Assembly (NCBI GenBank): GCA_964016885.1
Contig: OZ024744.1
Span: forward strand, 122,884,001-122,948,000
DNA: 64,000 nucleotides
Source: Eledone cirrhosa
Taxonomy: Eukaryota
Direction: 5' to 3'
The position numbers were made by a program, and so were the translations under genes. Of the stretch, positions 11,201 through 22,906 are shown piece by piece. The number at the start of each line of letters is the position of its first letter. Positions within the stretch are counted from its first letter, which is position 1. The notes beneath the pieces are model-generated. The model was not told the DNA's origin and ran no database searches. It saw nothing but the letters and a program-made list of their open reading frames with translations.

Positions 11201-11685
11201 CACCCTCCACCCCTATCCGCTAATCCCACACAGTCCCAGCGTGCATCTAAGATCCCGTTCCAGTCGCCCACTAACACTAAAGAGCGGGACGTTCCAAGAA
11301 AGGTCTCCAGACGCCGGAAGAAATCAGGCCGCCCTGCTCCTGTCGGGGCATAGACGGCCACTAGCCTGAAAGCTTGCCCGTCTCTGCTGGTCACGTCCAG
11401 CACCACCAGCTTACCCTCTGGGTCCAGGAAGATGGCCCGTATGGCGAGATCCAAACCTCTCCGAAAAAGCACAGCAACTCCTCCCCCCGATCCAGGACGG
11501 CTGGGAGATGCGTACACATCGTAGCCGCCGAAGATCGGTGCGAAGGCCCGTGCTTCGGAAATTCTGGTCTCGCTGATGGCCACTACATCTATGTTTAGTG
11601 ACCTGAGGTCGTTGAGCAGGTGACCCTGCTTCCATGACGACCCCAAGCCACGCGCATTTATGCTGCCTATTCTGAGTGAGGTCAT
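8285..11685 (-). pseudogene. ORF2 (APE-RT) of copy 3 with nonsense mutations
   Basis: Stops at 10948-10950, ~10843-10845, 10759-10761 and 8314-8316, plus a small 3' deletion; RT motifs altered (DQSKDFHKVDH, QGCSFS). Confidence 0.92.
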
Positions 11686-11720
11686 GTTTAAAATAGAGTG
11701 GAAAAGATGGGAAAGACCAC

Positions 11721-13657
11721 TTACCTTACTTCTCGTACAGGAAGGACGGTTACTCCATCCTTTTCACTGCTTGTGGCCTCCTCAGGAAAGATGTCCTTAT
11801 AAATCCTCCTGGAGAGTGCTTGTCGGAAGTCTCCGATGTCTTTGGGGAATTTTTGTTTTAGTGTCATGTACGTTTTCTGTGTGATGCGAGTGATTTGTAT
11901 GTGTGGAGGTGGTGTGAACTTTTGGGTTGTTGTGTAGTCTTTTTCTGTGATGCTGGTGTTGTGTTGGATGTAGTGTAATAATTGGTTGTTGTTCAAATTT
12001 AATGCTGTGTAGTGTGTATCGTTTTGGTTGTTTTGTTTTGTTTGTGTTTGTTTCTGTTTCGCTTTTTGGTGACTTTTGTGGTGTAGGTGATGGTAGTGTT
12101 GGGGTTAATGATGGTGATGGTGTTGGTGTTTGGAGTGATGGGGTTGGTGATGCTGGTGTGGATGGTGGCATATCTGTCCTAACTTTTTTGTTTGATAATC
12201 TAATTGTTTCTCTCTGTATTTTGTTTTTGGAGGGGGAAGGAAGAGAATTTTTTCCTTTTTTAGTTTCTTTTTTTCTTTTTTCCTGATACCGTTTCCCACT
12301 CCTCGTCGTCACAATCTGTCTCCAGTTGTGATAGGCCGGGGAGTGGAAAATCCTCCACAGACGCTAGTTTTGGTTGTGGCGTGGTGGATGGTGTAGGCGC
12401 TGGTGCTAGTTCTGGCGCGTTGGGTGGTGGTGGTGTTGGTTTTGCTACTGTTGCTGGGGCTGTTGCTGTTACAGTTGCTTCTGTTGTTGCTGCTGCCATC
12501 TCTGCTGTTGGTGGTGTTGATGGTTGAGTCACTGGGGTGGGTAGGAGAGGTGGCCTCAACCTTTTAGCCTGAGGGAAGAAAGCCCTTAGGTGGGTTCCCT
12601 CACCACAAACGACACACCTAGGCCTTCTGCCCTCGACAATTACGGTGAGGTGGCTGCCGTCAGTGAGGTCTATTACCTCTGGGATCTCCTCAATGCTCTT
12701 TTGGTCCGCTTGGATCAGGAGCTCCATCCCAGATTCGGACCAGTTCTCCTGCTTTTCTTTCGCTATTTCGATTATCTTGGTGTTGGCTTCGATGCCGGCG
12801 AGGACTGCAGCTATTAGCCAGGGAATTTCGATGGCCGGTGGAACGTGGGTGACCCTGATCTTTACGAGTCTCTGACCACAATAGCTTGGGACGAGTGTGA
12901 AGTCGTCACTTCTTAATGGGGCCATGTAGTGTTCTCTGGCCTCCTGTGGTGTTTCAAAGAACACGTCCACGGTTCCATACTTCTGCCCACGTCTGATGTG
13001 GGTTTTTTTTTGCCCACACATGTCCCAAAGCTTTTTGGATTTGGGACTCGGATGCCCGTTCCACTCGGCGCGAATTTATATTAATTGTTCGATAAGACAC
13101 GGTGCGTAGGCGCCGATGCTCCATTTTATTAGGTGTGTGTGTGTGTGTGGGGGGGGGGGGGGGGCTGACCCTGTACCCATCTTTCTTTACCATTTTTTTG
13201 GCTTCTTCTAATTCCTCCTGAGTTACCTGAAATGATTCGCACTGTTTTGCTACTCTGGCAAAACTCAGGGTGGTTTTCTTAATGTCATTGTTGCTGTTGT
13301 TGTTATCGTTATTTCTGTTATTATTAATTTTAGTTTCAGTTGTGGTGGTGGTGGCGTCAGTGGTGTTCGGTGTGGAACAGTTCATTTTGGTTGAATTAAT
13401 TTCGATATCACGAGTTAATTTATTTTTTCTTTTGTTTCTGTTGTCGCGGTGGTCGTGGGGGTGGTGGTTGTCGCGGTGGTGGCGGCTTTAACACCTGAAG
13501 TCATTGGTAATGGCGGGAAATGAATGTCTGCCTGAGACAAATTTAAAATATTGCTACTGCTTATATTTTTAGTGTTGGCAAACGTAGTAATATTTACAAT
13601 GGTGGTGTCGGTGTGAGGTGTTATTTTGTGAGAAAGGAGTGACTCTGAGTCAGCCAT
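11721..13657 (-). pseudogene. ORF1 of copy 3 (divergent type), multiply frameshifted
   Basis: Track pieces 13415-13657, 12954-13385, 12260-13021, 11797-12312 and 11721-11996 change frame at each join; knuckle CVVCGEGTHLRAFF has lost its last Cys; homologous to copy 2 ORF1 (LVPSYCGQ, THVPP). Confidence 0.85.
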
Positions 13658-13870
13658 GATGTTTCAAAGAAAAACTTTTGTTTGATAATTATAAAAGTTT
13701 AAATTTAGGACTCAAGGCCCCAATCTTTTTGGGTATCCTTTTCAGATAACAATGTATGTGCACTTATATACAATTAACAATAAAATTTTCCATGAATGGC
13801 AATTTTGAACAACTGAAAATAACAAACCTTTGCGGAGCTCACGATGATACGATTTACTACGTAGGTCGCC

Positions 13871-13888
13871 AATAATAATAATAATAAT
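13871..13888. repeat. (AAT)6: SINE tail and anchor of the Tx1 array
   Basis: Read directly. Confidence 0.95.
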
Positions 13889-14060
13889 TGTTTCTACGTT
13901 AGGCACAAGGCCAGCAATTATCAGTGTATTACTGGTACTTTATTTTAAGGATGAAAGGCAAAGTTAACCTCGGCGGGATTTGAACTCAGAATGGCAAGGG
14001 CCGTAACTCTATGCGTCAAAGCATGGCGTCCGACCCTCTACCGATACTGCCAATCCACCG
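13889..14060 (-). mobile_element. tRNA-derived SINE with (ATT)n tail
   Basis: Minus strand: A-box-like TGGCAGTATCGG, B-box GAGTTCAAATCCC, body ending GCCTTGTGCCTAACGTAGAAACA then (ATT)n. Another AAT run at 14061-14075. Resembles abundant octopus SINEs (from memory). Confidence 0.8.
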
Positions 14061-14191
14061 ATAATAATAATAATAAATGTGAAGACTAAAATCCAAAGAG
14101 GGCTCGATAAGGATAAATATATATCAAATATATAAGAACCCTAGATTCTTTGCTTAAACTTTAATCTGTTATTTTAATATATATATATATA

Positions 14192-14588
14192 TTTAGCAGC
14201 ATGGGATTGTAAATGTTATTGAGACACGAGTAACATAATAATGATGTCAACAGCAGAAATTAGAGATGAAATGTATGTTTATTTTGTTGTAGCACAAATA
14301 ATGTTGGTTAACTTGTATGGTTGAAGTTACACATAAAATGAGGTTACAAAAGGGAATATGCCATTGCGCCGGAAAGCCGGCAGGCCAAGGTGCAAAATCT
14401 CACCGTCACATGTACGTGTTGCTGGTTCGAAGTTCCTGGTGTGAGAGGAAGATTCTTCAAATCTTCGCGGGGAATTTCTCCCTCAGGACGCGTAGGGATA
14501 CATCCTCTTCTACTGGTGCTGATTGGCTGAGCTGAGCCAAATCACGCACAGAGAATGTATGTGAGCCCGCGGAATGTAGGTCACTACA
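14192..14588 (-). repeat. 3' LTR
   Basis: Minus strand TGTAGTGACC...GCTGCTAAA; differs from the other copy by 7 substitutions and 3 small indels (manual count). Confidence 0.9.
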
Positions 14589-14601
14589 ATACTTCCCTTC
14601 T
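14589..14601 (-). promoter_or_regulatory. Polypurine tract
   Basis: Minus AGAAGGGAAGTAT immediately upstream of the 3' LTR. Confidence 0.75.
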
Positions 14602-15896
14602 AGACGGAAGTCGATACAGATTATTGAATCAGCAAGAACAAATGCTGAAAGAGCACATCAGTGAAAAAATAATTGAGCAGAAGGATGCATGCAAGAAAAA
14701 AAATGAGGCGCTAAGGGCCGTGTTGAGCCGCTGTGTCAAATGACTAGCTGTTTTGTAGTTTATACGTGACCACCAAAGGTCTAACAGAAAACGGATAAAG
14801 TCTGACATGGGCGAAGTTGCCGTTCTTGCATTAAATGTTAATGGTAAGTGTTGTACCAGTAGCTGTGGATGAAGCTATTATGGTAGTTTACCAGTGCTGG
14901 CAAGAAGATGATGGGTAGGCGAGAAAATGTTGGCCTCCCAGATGTATTGCCGAATGTGCTAGGGAGCCAGGAAAAAATGGCTGGTTGCTTTGAAAAGAAA
15001 AAAAGCAAGTTGAATCTGTAGGTGGGTTGCAGTGTAAATTTCATAATTCGGGCGAATCCACAGAGGTGGTGGAAATGCTGACAAGTCCAGCTCTATTTGT
15101 TGTTTTCCCAGTGAGTCGGGTAAGGTAACAAGATGGAGGTTGTTATGGACGATGAGTGTGCAACGAGATGCGAAACTGTTTGAATTCAGCTGCAATTAGC
15201 ATTCTCGTGTTGCGGTGCCTGTTTGAATCCAGGTGAATTATGCTCTATGAGTCGCTAGCATGTGACGGCACCTCAACCAGGTGAAAAGGGATCTCGCAGA
15301 ATATTACGTTTGAAGAACATATACTAAGAACAACATGTTGGTAGGTGACAAAGAAATGTATGCATATGCAGGCATGTAAAACAGCAAAGAATGTGTATGA
15401 ATAAAAACCATGAGCAAACAAATAGCAAAAGAGCACAAAACATGCATTTTACAAAGAAATATGTGAATGTAACAAACTAATAATTCAAAGTCAATATAAG
15501 GGAGCAGAGAAATTAATGCTCAATGATAAGTTCAAAGTTTTTCAAAGTCAAATAGTTCACACATCACCAGTGTACAGACTTTCTGACACTAGTTCTATCT
15601 GAAAACTGAAAAAGAAGTTTGTTAATGCTACTAGGGGTTAGATGTATATTGTTTTTGAGAGTTTTCGTGGCCATTTTACCGTCCTGCCACCTTGTGTGAC
15701 ATAAGGTTGTGTTGCTTGTTTGTATTGCAGGAAGCCGTATCGAAAGAAAAAAAAATGTCTCCGGGCTATAATTTTGAAAATACATGTGAAAGCATAGAAG
15801 TAAACAATATGATGTGTGGTGGTTGCGTCGGTAAGGCTATGAAGCTGCCATATCACTATTCCCTGTTGTTGGTTAGTGGTTAAACAATGTTGTTGC

Positions 15897-15940
<44 letters not shown>

Positions 15941-16059
15941 TTGATTGTAGACAGGACTTGTCGGTAGCCATTTTGAAATTTCCTCGTGGCGAAAAGTTTT
16001 TGAAATACTGCTAATTTTTTAAAAATTTTAAAAGGAATATTTTGTATTTACAATATTCC

Positions 16060-16075
16060 TCACGTCAGGTCACCA
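16060..16075 (-). promoter_or_regulatory. Primer-binding site, tRNA-Trp-like
   Basis: Minus TGGTGACCTGACGTGA, 1 nt after the 5' LTR; nearly complementary to the tRNA-Trp 3' end (...TCACGTCGGGGTCACCA). Confidence 0.8.
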
Positions 16076-16076
16076 A

Positions 16077-16473
16077 TTTAGCAGCATGGGATTGTAAATG
16101 TTATTGAGACACGAGTAAATAATGATGTCAACAGCAGAAATTAGAGATGAAATGTATGTTTTATTTTGTTGTAGCACAAATAATGTTGGTTAACTTGTAT
16201 GGTTGAAGTTACACATAAAATGAGGTTACAAAAGGGAATGTGCCATTGCGCCGGAAAGCCGGCAGGCCAAAGTGCAAAATCTCACCGTCACATGTTGTAC
16301 GTGTTGCTGGTTCGAAGTTCCTGGTGCGAGAAGAAGATTCTTCAAATCTTCGCGGGGAATTTCTCCCTCAGGACGCGTAGGGATACACCCTCTGCTACTG
16401 GCGCTGATTGGCTGAGCTGAGCCAAATCACGCACAGAGAATGTATGTGAGCCCGCGGAATGTAGGTCACTACA
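16077..16473 (-). repeat. 5' LTR
   Basis: Direct repeat of 14192-14588. Confidence 0.9.
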
Positions 16474-16484
16474 CACACACACAT

Positions 16485-16536
<52 letters not shown>
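16474..16536. repeat. (CA)n/(TA)n microsatellite
   Basis: Read directly. Confidence 0.95.
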
Positions 16537-16538
<2 letters not shown>

Positions 16539-16540
<2 letters not shown>

Positions 16541-19390
16541 CATCATCATCATGATTTTACGTCCGCTTTTCCCTGCTTGCAAGGGTTGGACGGGTCCTAT
16601 TCAGCACAGCATCTATCCACTTGTCACGGTCCTTTGTCATCTCCTCAGTGAGATTCAGCAATCTGAGGTCTGCTCTCACCACCTCCGCCCATGTTTTACC
16701 TGGTCTACCTCTACTGCGTCTTCTTTCTACTGGGATTTCTTGGCACTTCTTTACCCAGCGGTCATCCTCCATGCGCATCACAAGTCCATACCATCTCAGT
16801 CTTCTCTGCTGCACACCACAACTTATCCCTCTTAAACCCAGTTTCTTTCTCAACTCATCACATGTCCATACTATCTCAGTCTTCTCTCCTGCACACCACA
16901 ACTTATCCCTCTTATACCCAGTTTCTTTCTCAACTCGTCCATGCTTGGTCGTTCATGCACATTGACATTGCACATCCAACGGAGCATACTTGCTTCATTT
17001 CTTTCCAGCCGTCGTATATCCTCTGCAGTTGCTGCCCATGTCTCACTACCATGCAGCATCGCGCATCTCACACAGGCACCATATAACCGTCCTTTCATAT
17101 GCAGGGAGAAACCCTTCTTGTCAACAAAGGAAGCAGCTCCCTAAACTTCTTCCAACTCGTCCTTATCCTAGATACTATGGCCTCGGAACACCCTCCTCCC
17201 ATGCTAATCTGATCTCCTAGGTACCGGAAGCTATCAACCACTTCTATAGAACCCACCTGCATTGGAAAAATGTGTCTACCACAGCGATTACTACTGCTAA
17301 CTTTCCCTGTACATCTACTTCATACATAGTTTTCCCTACCTGTTAGTTTGCCTGCTATCCCACTACATCTCTTGTGTACCCAAGATCAGCATTGTGTACA
17401 TTTTATAGAATTTATGCCAGTTCCTTTTCTACATATCGAACATAGCCATTTCCCTGATGGAATCAGAGTATTGTCCTCTTTTCTACTTATCAACACTTTT
17501 GTCTTAGCTAGATTCACTCTCAGTCCTCTTGATGCCAACTGCTGTTTCCAAAGCCAGAATTTATTCTCTAGCTCCTCTACTGATTCTGCTATAAGAACCA
17601 GATCGTCAGCATAGGGAAGTTCCCATGGGCAGCCAGTCTTAAACTCCTCTGTAATGGCTTGGTGGACTATAATGAACTAGAGCGGGCTGAGGACCAAACC
17701 CTGATGTACACCTACTTGTATCTGGAATTCCTCACTAAACTCCATACCTACTCTCACTTTACTGACAGCACCCCTGTACATAGCTTGCACTGTCCTCACA
17801 AGCCATTCCTCTACACCTAGTTTCCTTAGGGACCACCACCAGATGACAGATCGGGGTACCCTATCAAAGGCCTTCTCTACGTCAACAAAGGCTAAGTATA
17901 GTGGCTTATTCTTCTCTAAGAACCTCTCTTGTAGTTGCCTCACTAAGGAGAGGGCATCTGTTGTACTTTTCTGAGGCACAAAATCAAACTGCATCTCATC
18001 TAAATTGACCCTTTCTCTAATTAGTTGCACTAATATTCTCTCTGTCACTTTCATAACCTGATCCATCAGCTTTATGCCCATATAATTGCTCCTCTCCAGA
18101 GCATCCCCTTTACCTTTGTACCAATTTATGAGAATACTGCTGCACCAGTCTATGGGTATGACACCACCATATATAGCCTGATTAATGATGCATGCAACCA
18201 GTTTAGTGCCTACTTCTCCTGATGCCTGCAATTATCACCAACGGGCCAACAGCCTTACCATTATTCATTTCTTTAATTGCCTCTTGTACCCTATATTCAT
18301 CAATCTCAATAGTTGGCCCCTCTGTCGGGTCTACTAAGGGTAATTTCTCTCTCTCCCATTCGTTCTCCACATTCATCACTCTCTCATAATGACATTTCCA
18401 GGCCTCTTTTTTCTGATCATTCGTGACACTAAGTACACCGGCATCATCCCGGACACATTTATCTCCCACAATATCCTGATTTACACTGACACACTGCTTT
18501 GCAATGCGGAACACTGCACGTCTCTGATCTTCTCGTCGCAGAACATTGGCAAACCTCCTACTCTCAGCCTTCCTGCATGCTAAGTACATCTGACGTCTAG
18601 CTTCTCTCTTAGCGGCTGTATATCCTTCTCTACTCCCACCCTTTTTCGAAGCATTCCATGCTAGTCTTTTGTCTCTAATGGCCTTATCTACTGTGCTGTT
18701 CCACCACCAGGTCACTCTCTGTCTGATTGGAGCTCTGCTCCAGCCACAAGTTTCATCAGTAGCCTGCAGTAAGTTGTCACGTAAGAAATTGCAGTTATTA
18801 TCTGTCATACAACTCTAAATCGTCTTCTTTTTCATCATACACATCTTGAAGGGCTTTGCTAAATTTATATTTTAATGAAAGGTCTTTTAGCTTCCAGACC
18901 TTTCTTTTCCACACCTTCCTGTATGTCTCATTCTTTCTCATGATTACTGACATGTCACTAACGACTAACCTATGCTGTGGGGTACTTTCTTCCCCAGGGT
19001 ATGCCTTGGTATTAGACACTATCTGCCTGTCCCGCTGCCTAACTAGTAAGAAGTCAATCTGCCTTATGTGCTCGCCAGATTTGTAGGTTATTAGGTGGTT
19101 AGTAGGCTTCTGGAAGTTAGTGTTGCAAATGGTTAGTGCATTTGCATCACAAAATTCAAGAAGCCTCACTCCTTCATTTCTTGAGCCGTAACCGTGCCCA
19201 CCATATACCCCAGTGTATCCATCCATTGAAGTCCCCTGTCATTGAGGCTGTTTGTAGAAGTTGCTCATAAAAGCAGTCTTTCTCTTCTTTTCCTAGGCTT
19301 GCCTGTGGAGCATAGGCAGAGATGATTGTCAGTAGTCTCTTGCCTACAACTAATCTAAGCTTAATTATTCTATCACTAACTCTATTGTCC
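16539..19390 (-). mobile_element. RTE-clade LINE, 5'-truncated within the APE domain and degenerate
   Basis: Fragments IISAYAPQ, GHGYGSRNEG...LLEFC, IDFLLV, TPQHRLVV, LAFVDVEKAFDRVPR, GVHQG, CPWELPYADDL, LHGSETW, RRLRWYG; 3' tail (ATG)n at 16539-16552; many stops and frameshifts. Confidence 0.92.
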
Positions 19391-19434
19391 TATATATAAA
19401 CATTATAGTATTCTCAACATGTAGGGGAGCTGTA

Positions 19435-19435
<1 letters not shown>

Positions 19436-19472
<37 letters not shown>

Positions 19473-19579
19473 TATATGTCGCTTAAAAAGTCAGGTTCAA
19501 ATATAACCTCATATTGAATGGAGAGTGGGAGAGAAAGGAAGAGAGAGAGGGTTGAAAGCATGAGATGAAAAATTAGAGG

Positions 19580-19649
<70 letters not shown>
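19436..19649. repeat. (TA)n (~19436-19470) and (AG)n (~19583-19649) microsatellites
   Basis: Read directly. Confidence 0.93.
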
Positions 19650-19652
<3 letters not shown>

Positions 19653-20028
19653 GAAGAGGAAAAGAGAAAAGTGGGAATGAGATCGATGGAGCAGAACTTA
19701 TGGAGAATTGCGAAAAAAGGATAAAAAAGACGGAGAATGTAAACTAACAAGAAATAAACCTTTATCGTTAAATAAATCATCAGCTTCCTTCAAGTCTTAC
19801 ATAGTTTCTCATGGTAGAGGAAGGACTATGTCTTGCCCGTGCAACAGAACTCAAATTTCTGTTGTTCTGATACTGGAATAGGGGAACAAGAGAGAAGTGG
19901 GGCACATCCACACCAAGCCCTGGTTGGCAAGAAAAGAGGCTGTCTGTTATTCTGATGGGAAAAGCAGTAGCAGTAGGTGAGAAGAAAGCAAAAGTATCTT
20001 TGAAATTGAAATGGAAAAGAGTGTTGGA

Positions 20029-20192
20029 TTTTGTCCCCTTTTATCGTCAGTAGGGGTAGTTTACTCAATTTTGTCCCCTTTTATCACGAGTAGGGGTAGT
20101 TTACTCAATTTTGTCCCCTTTTATCATCAGTAGAGGTAGTTTACTTAATTTTGTCCCCTTTTATCATAAGTAAGGGTAGTTTACCCAATTTT
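20029..20192. repeat. 40-bp minisatellite, 4 copies
   Basis: Unit TTTTGTCCCCTTTTATC(GTC/ACG/ATC/ATA)AGTAGGGGTAGTTTACTCAA. Confidence 0.93.
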
Positions 20193-20259
20193 CACAACTA
20201 TTTTCTATATTGGTCGACTGTTATTACAGTCATTTTCAGCATTTATGATAGTGAAGCAC

Positions 20260-21090
<831 letters not shown>

Positions 21091-21299
21091 ACGATATTAA
21101 ATAAATGGAAATTATATTTATAAAACCATATTTATTTCATTATATATATTTCAGGGATATCATATTAAAAATATGTTATGCCTTCTTCAAACAAAATACA
21201 ATATAAACAGTCTTATAAATAGATAGATTCGACATACCTTTCAACATCGACTTGCATTTGAAAAGTTGATTTGGTAGTAAAAATATTATGGACAGTTGT

Positions 21300-21590
<291 letters not shown>

Positions 21591-22181
21591 AGAAACTAGG
21601 TAGTTGAGCACCAGTTGAATGACGTATCAATGATACATTTATTTATTTATTTAGCTCTAGTATTAATGTAGAGAGAGATATATGTGGTTAGGAGAGTAAA
21701 CAGCCGTTATATAGAGAGAAAAAAAGAAAAATAACCAGACATAAACGAGGCAGATTTAAAACACTATGTTTCATCAATGCAGAAATATTAGTTCGTATAA
21801 AACAGGCATTATAATGTAAATATCAGTATTCATGAATGAGACACGTATCTAACAAGCGCACACATACCTTCATAAAACACACGAATGTTCGGAGACGTAA
21901 GTCAACCAAAACATGAAGTACACATATACACACACCCACCATACGTACGAACCTGCATACTCACACAGACGCAAAACTCCCGTATACACACAGCCAAACC
22001 ATATGTACCAGAATATATAAAATTATACGCCATAACAATCAAATATACGTACGAGAAGGTATACGTACCTTCACAAAACATACGGGTATTATATACTTAC
22101 CTATGCAAATAAGTAAAGGTATAAACAAAACATATACTTAGCTCCCACATCAAGACGTAAAATATCCACGTATAGATCGTA

Positions 22182-22439
22182 CTATCCGTTAGGGTATAAC
22201 GTGGGGCTGTAATACAGGAAAGTTTTGTGCAATTTATGTTTACAAGCCGAAATTGCCTCAGATTTTTTGTTTAAGATGTGGTCTGTGGCATAGAGTATTT
22301 CCAGGGCCTCAGCGGCGCAGAGGTCACATGGTCTTTTATTTCCGTTATACGATCTAGCCCTAGCTAGGATCTCCCAGTGTAACTTATATTGGGTGTGGTT
22401 GTCTTTTAGACTCCAGATATAAGCTGAAAGTGACGTCAT
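22182..22439 (-). pseudogene. Penelope-like element fragment (region C-terminal to the GIY-YIG endonuclease core)
   Basis: TSLSAYIWSLKD...WEILARARSY...CDLCAAEALEIL...ILNKKSEAISACKH matches the CxLCxxE...LNK+xE...C+H pattern I associate with PLE C-termini. Confidence 0.65.
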
Positions 22440-22851
22440 ATTCCTTCTAAGAGGGTAAGAATTTGTTTAGCAAGATTCTTTATCTGAAAACATGTGTTGA
22501 AACCGATATTGTTATACTTTGGGAGGGTCATGTTGCCAATAAGAAACACACGCACCAATTGCTTTCACTTCAATTTATTATAAATTAAATTTATAAATTT
22601 AGGAATTTATAAATTTCCGGTTGGTTGGTTCCACAGCCAGATGATTGTTCATATATTGTCAAAGTTCTTTCGTCACACATTCTGTGACCTCTTCAGTGAC
22701 TGGGGATTCTTTTATTTGTTTTTGTGCCTCTCCTTTGTTCTGTCCTATGCCATCTTGTTTTTGTGTGTGTTGTCAACACACACAAAAACAAGAAGGCGTA
22801 GGACAGAACAAGGTTGGTCACCCGACCAGCCTTGCCTCAAGTAAGACAACT

Positions 22852-22906
22852 CCCGTCTAACCCATGCTATCATGGAAGATGGACATTAAACGATGATGAT
22901 GATGAT
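22852..22906 (+). mobile_element. Short RTE-type 3' tail fragment (LINE end or RTE-tailed SINE)
   Basis: CCCGTCTAACCCATGCTATCATGGAAGATGGACATTAAAC(GAT)n aligns with the 3' end of the RTE at 16539-16594. Confidence 0.7.

Larger units (their letters stand above)
8041..13870 (-). mobile_element. Tx1-like retrotransposon, copy 3 (ORF2/3' UTR as copy 2, different ORF1 and 5' UTR), decayed
   Basis: ORF2 and 3' UTR nearly identical to copy 2; ORF1 and 5' end divergent; flanked by (AAT)11 and (AAT)6. Confidence 0.92.
14192..16473 (-). mobile_element. Non-autonomous LTR retrotransposon (2.28 kb, probably Ty3/gypsy-dependent)
   Basis: Two 397-bp direct repeats with correctly placed PBS and PPT on the minus strand; 1.49-kb interior has no RT/integrase ORF. 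Confidence 0.88.

Noticed and set aside
1-13870. HeT-A/TART-like telomeric retrotransposon array
   Set aside because: Elements are separated by (AAT)n and anchored in a SINE tail, their 5' ends point toward internal sequence, and no telomeric repeat array is visible.
14838-15883. gag/pol coding sequence inside the LTR element
   Set aside because: Only short ORFs without recognisable gag, protease, RT or integrase motifs.
20029-20192. Hammerhead ribozyme (CTGACGA/CTGATGA on the minus strand; also in some satellite variants)
   Set aside because: No stem II followed by GAAA and no stem III/cleavage triplet can be built.
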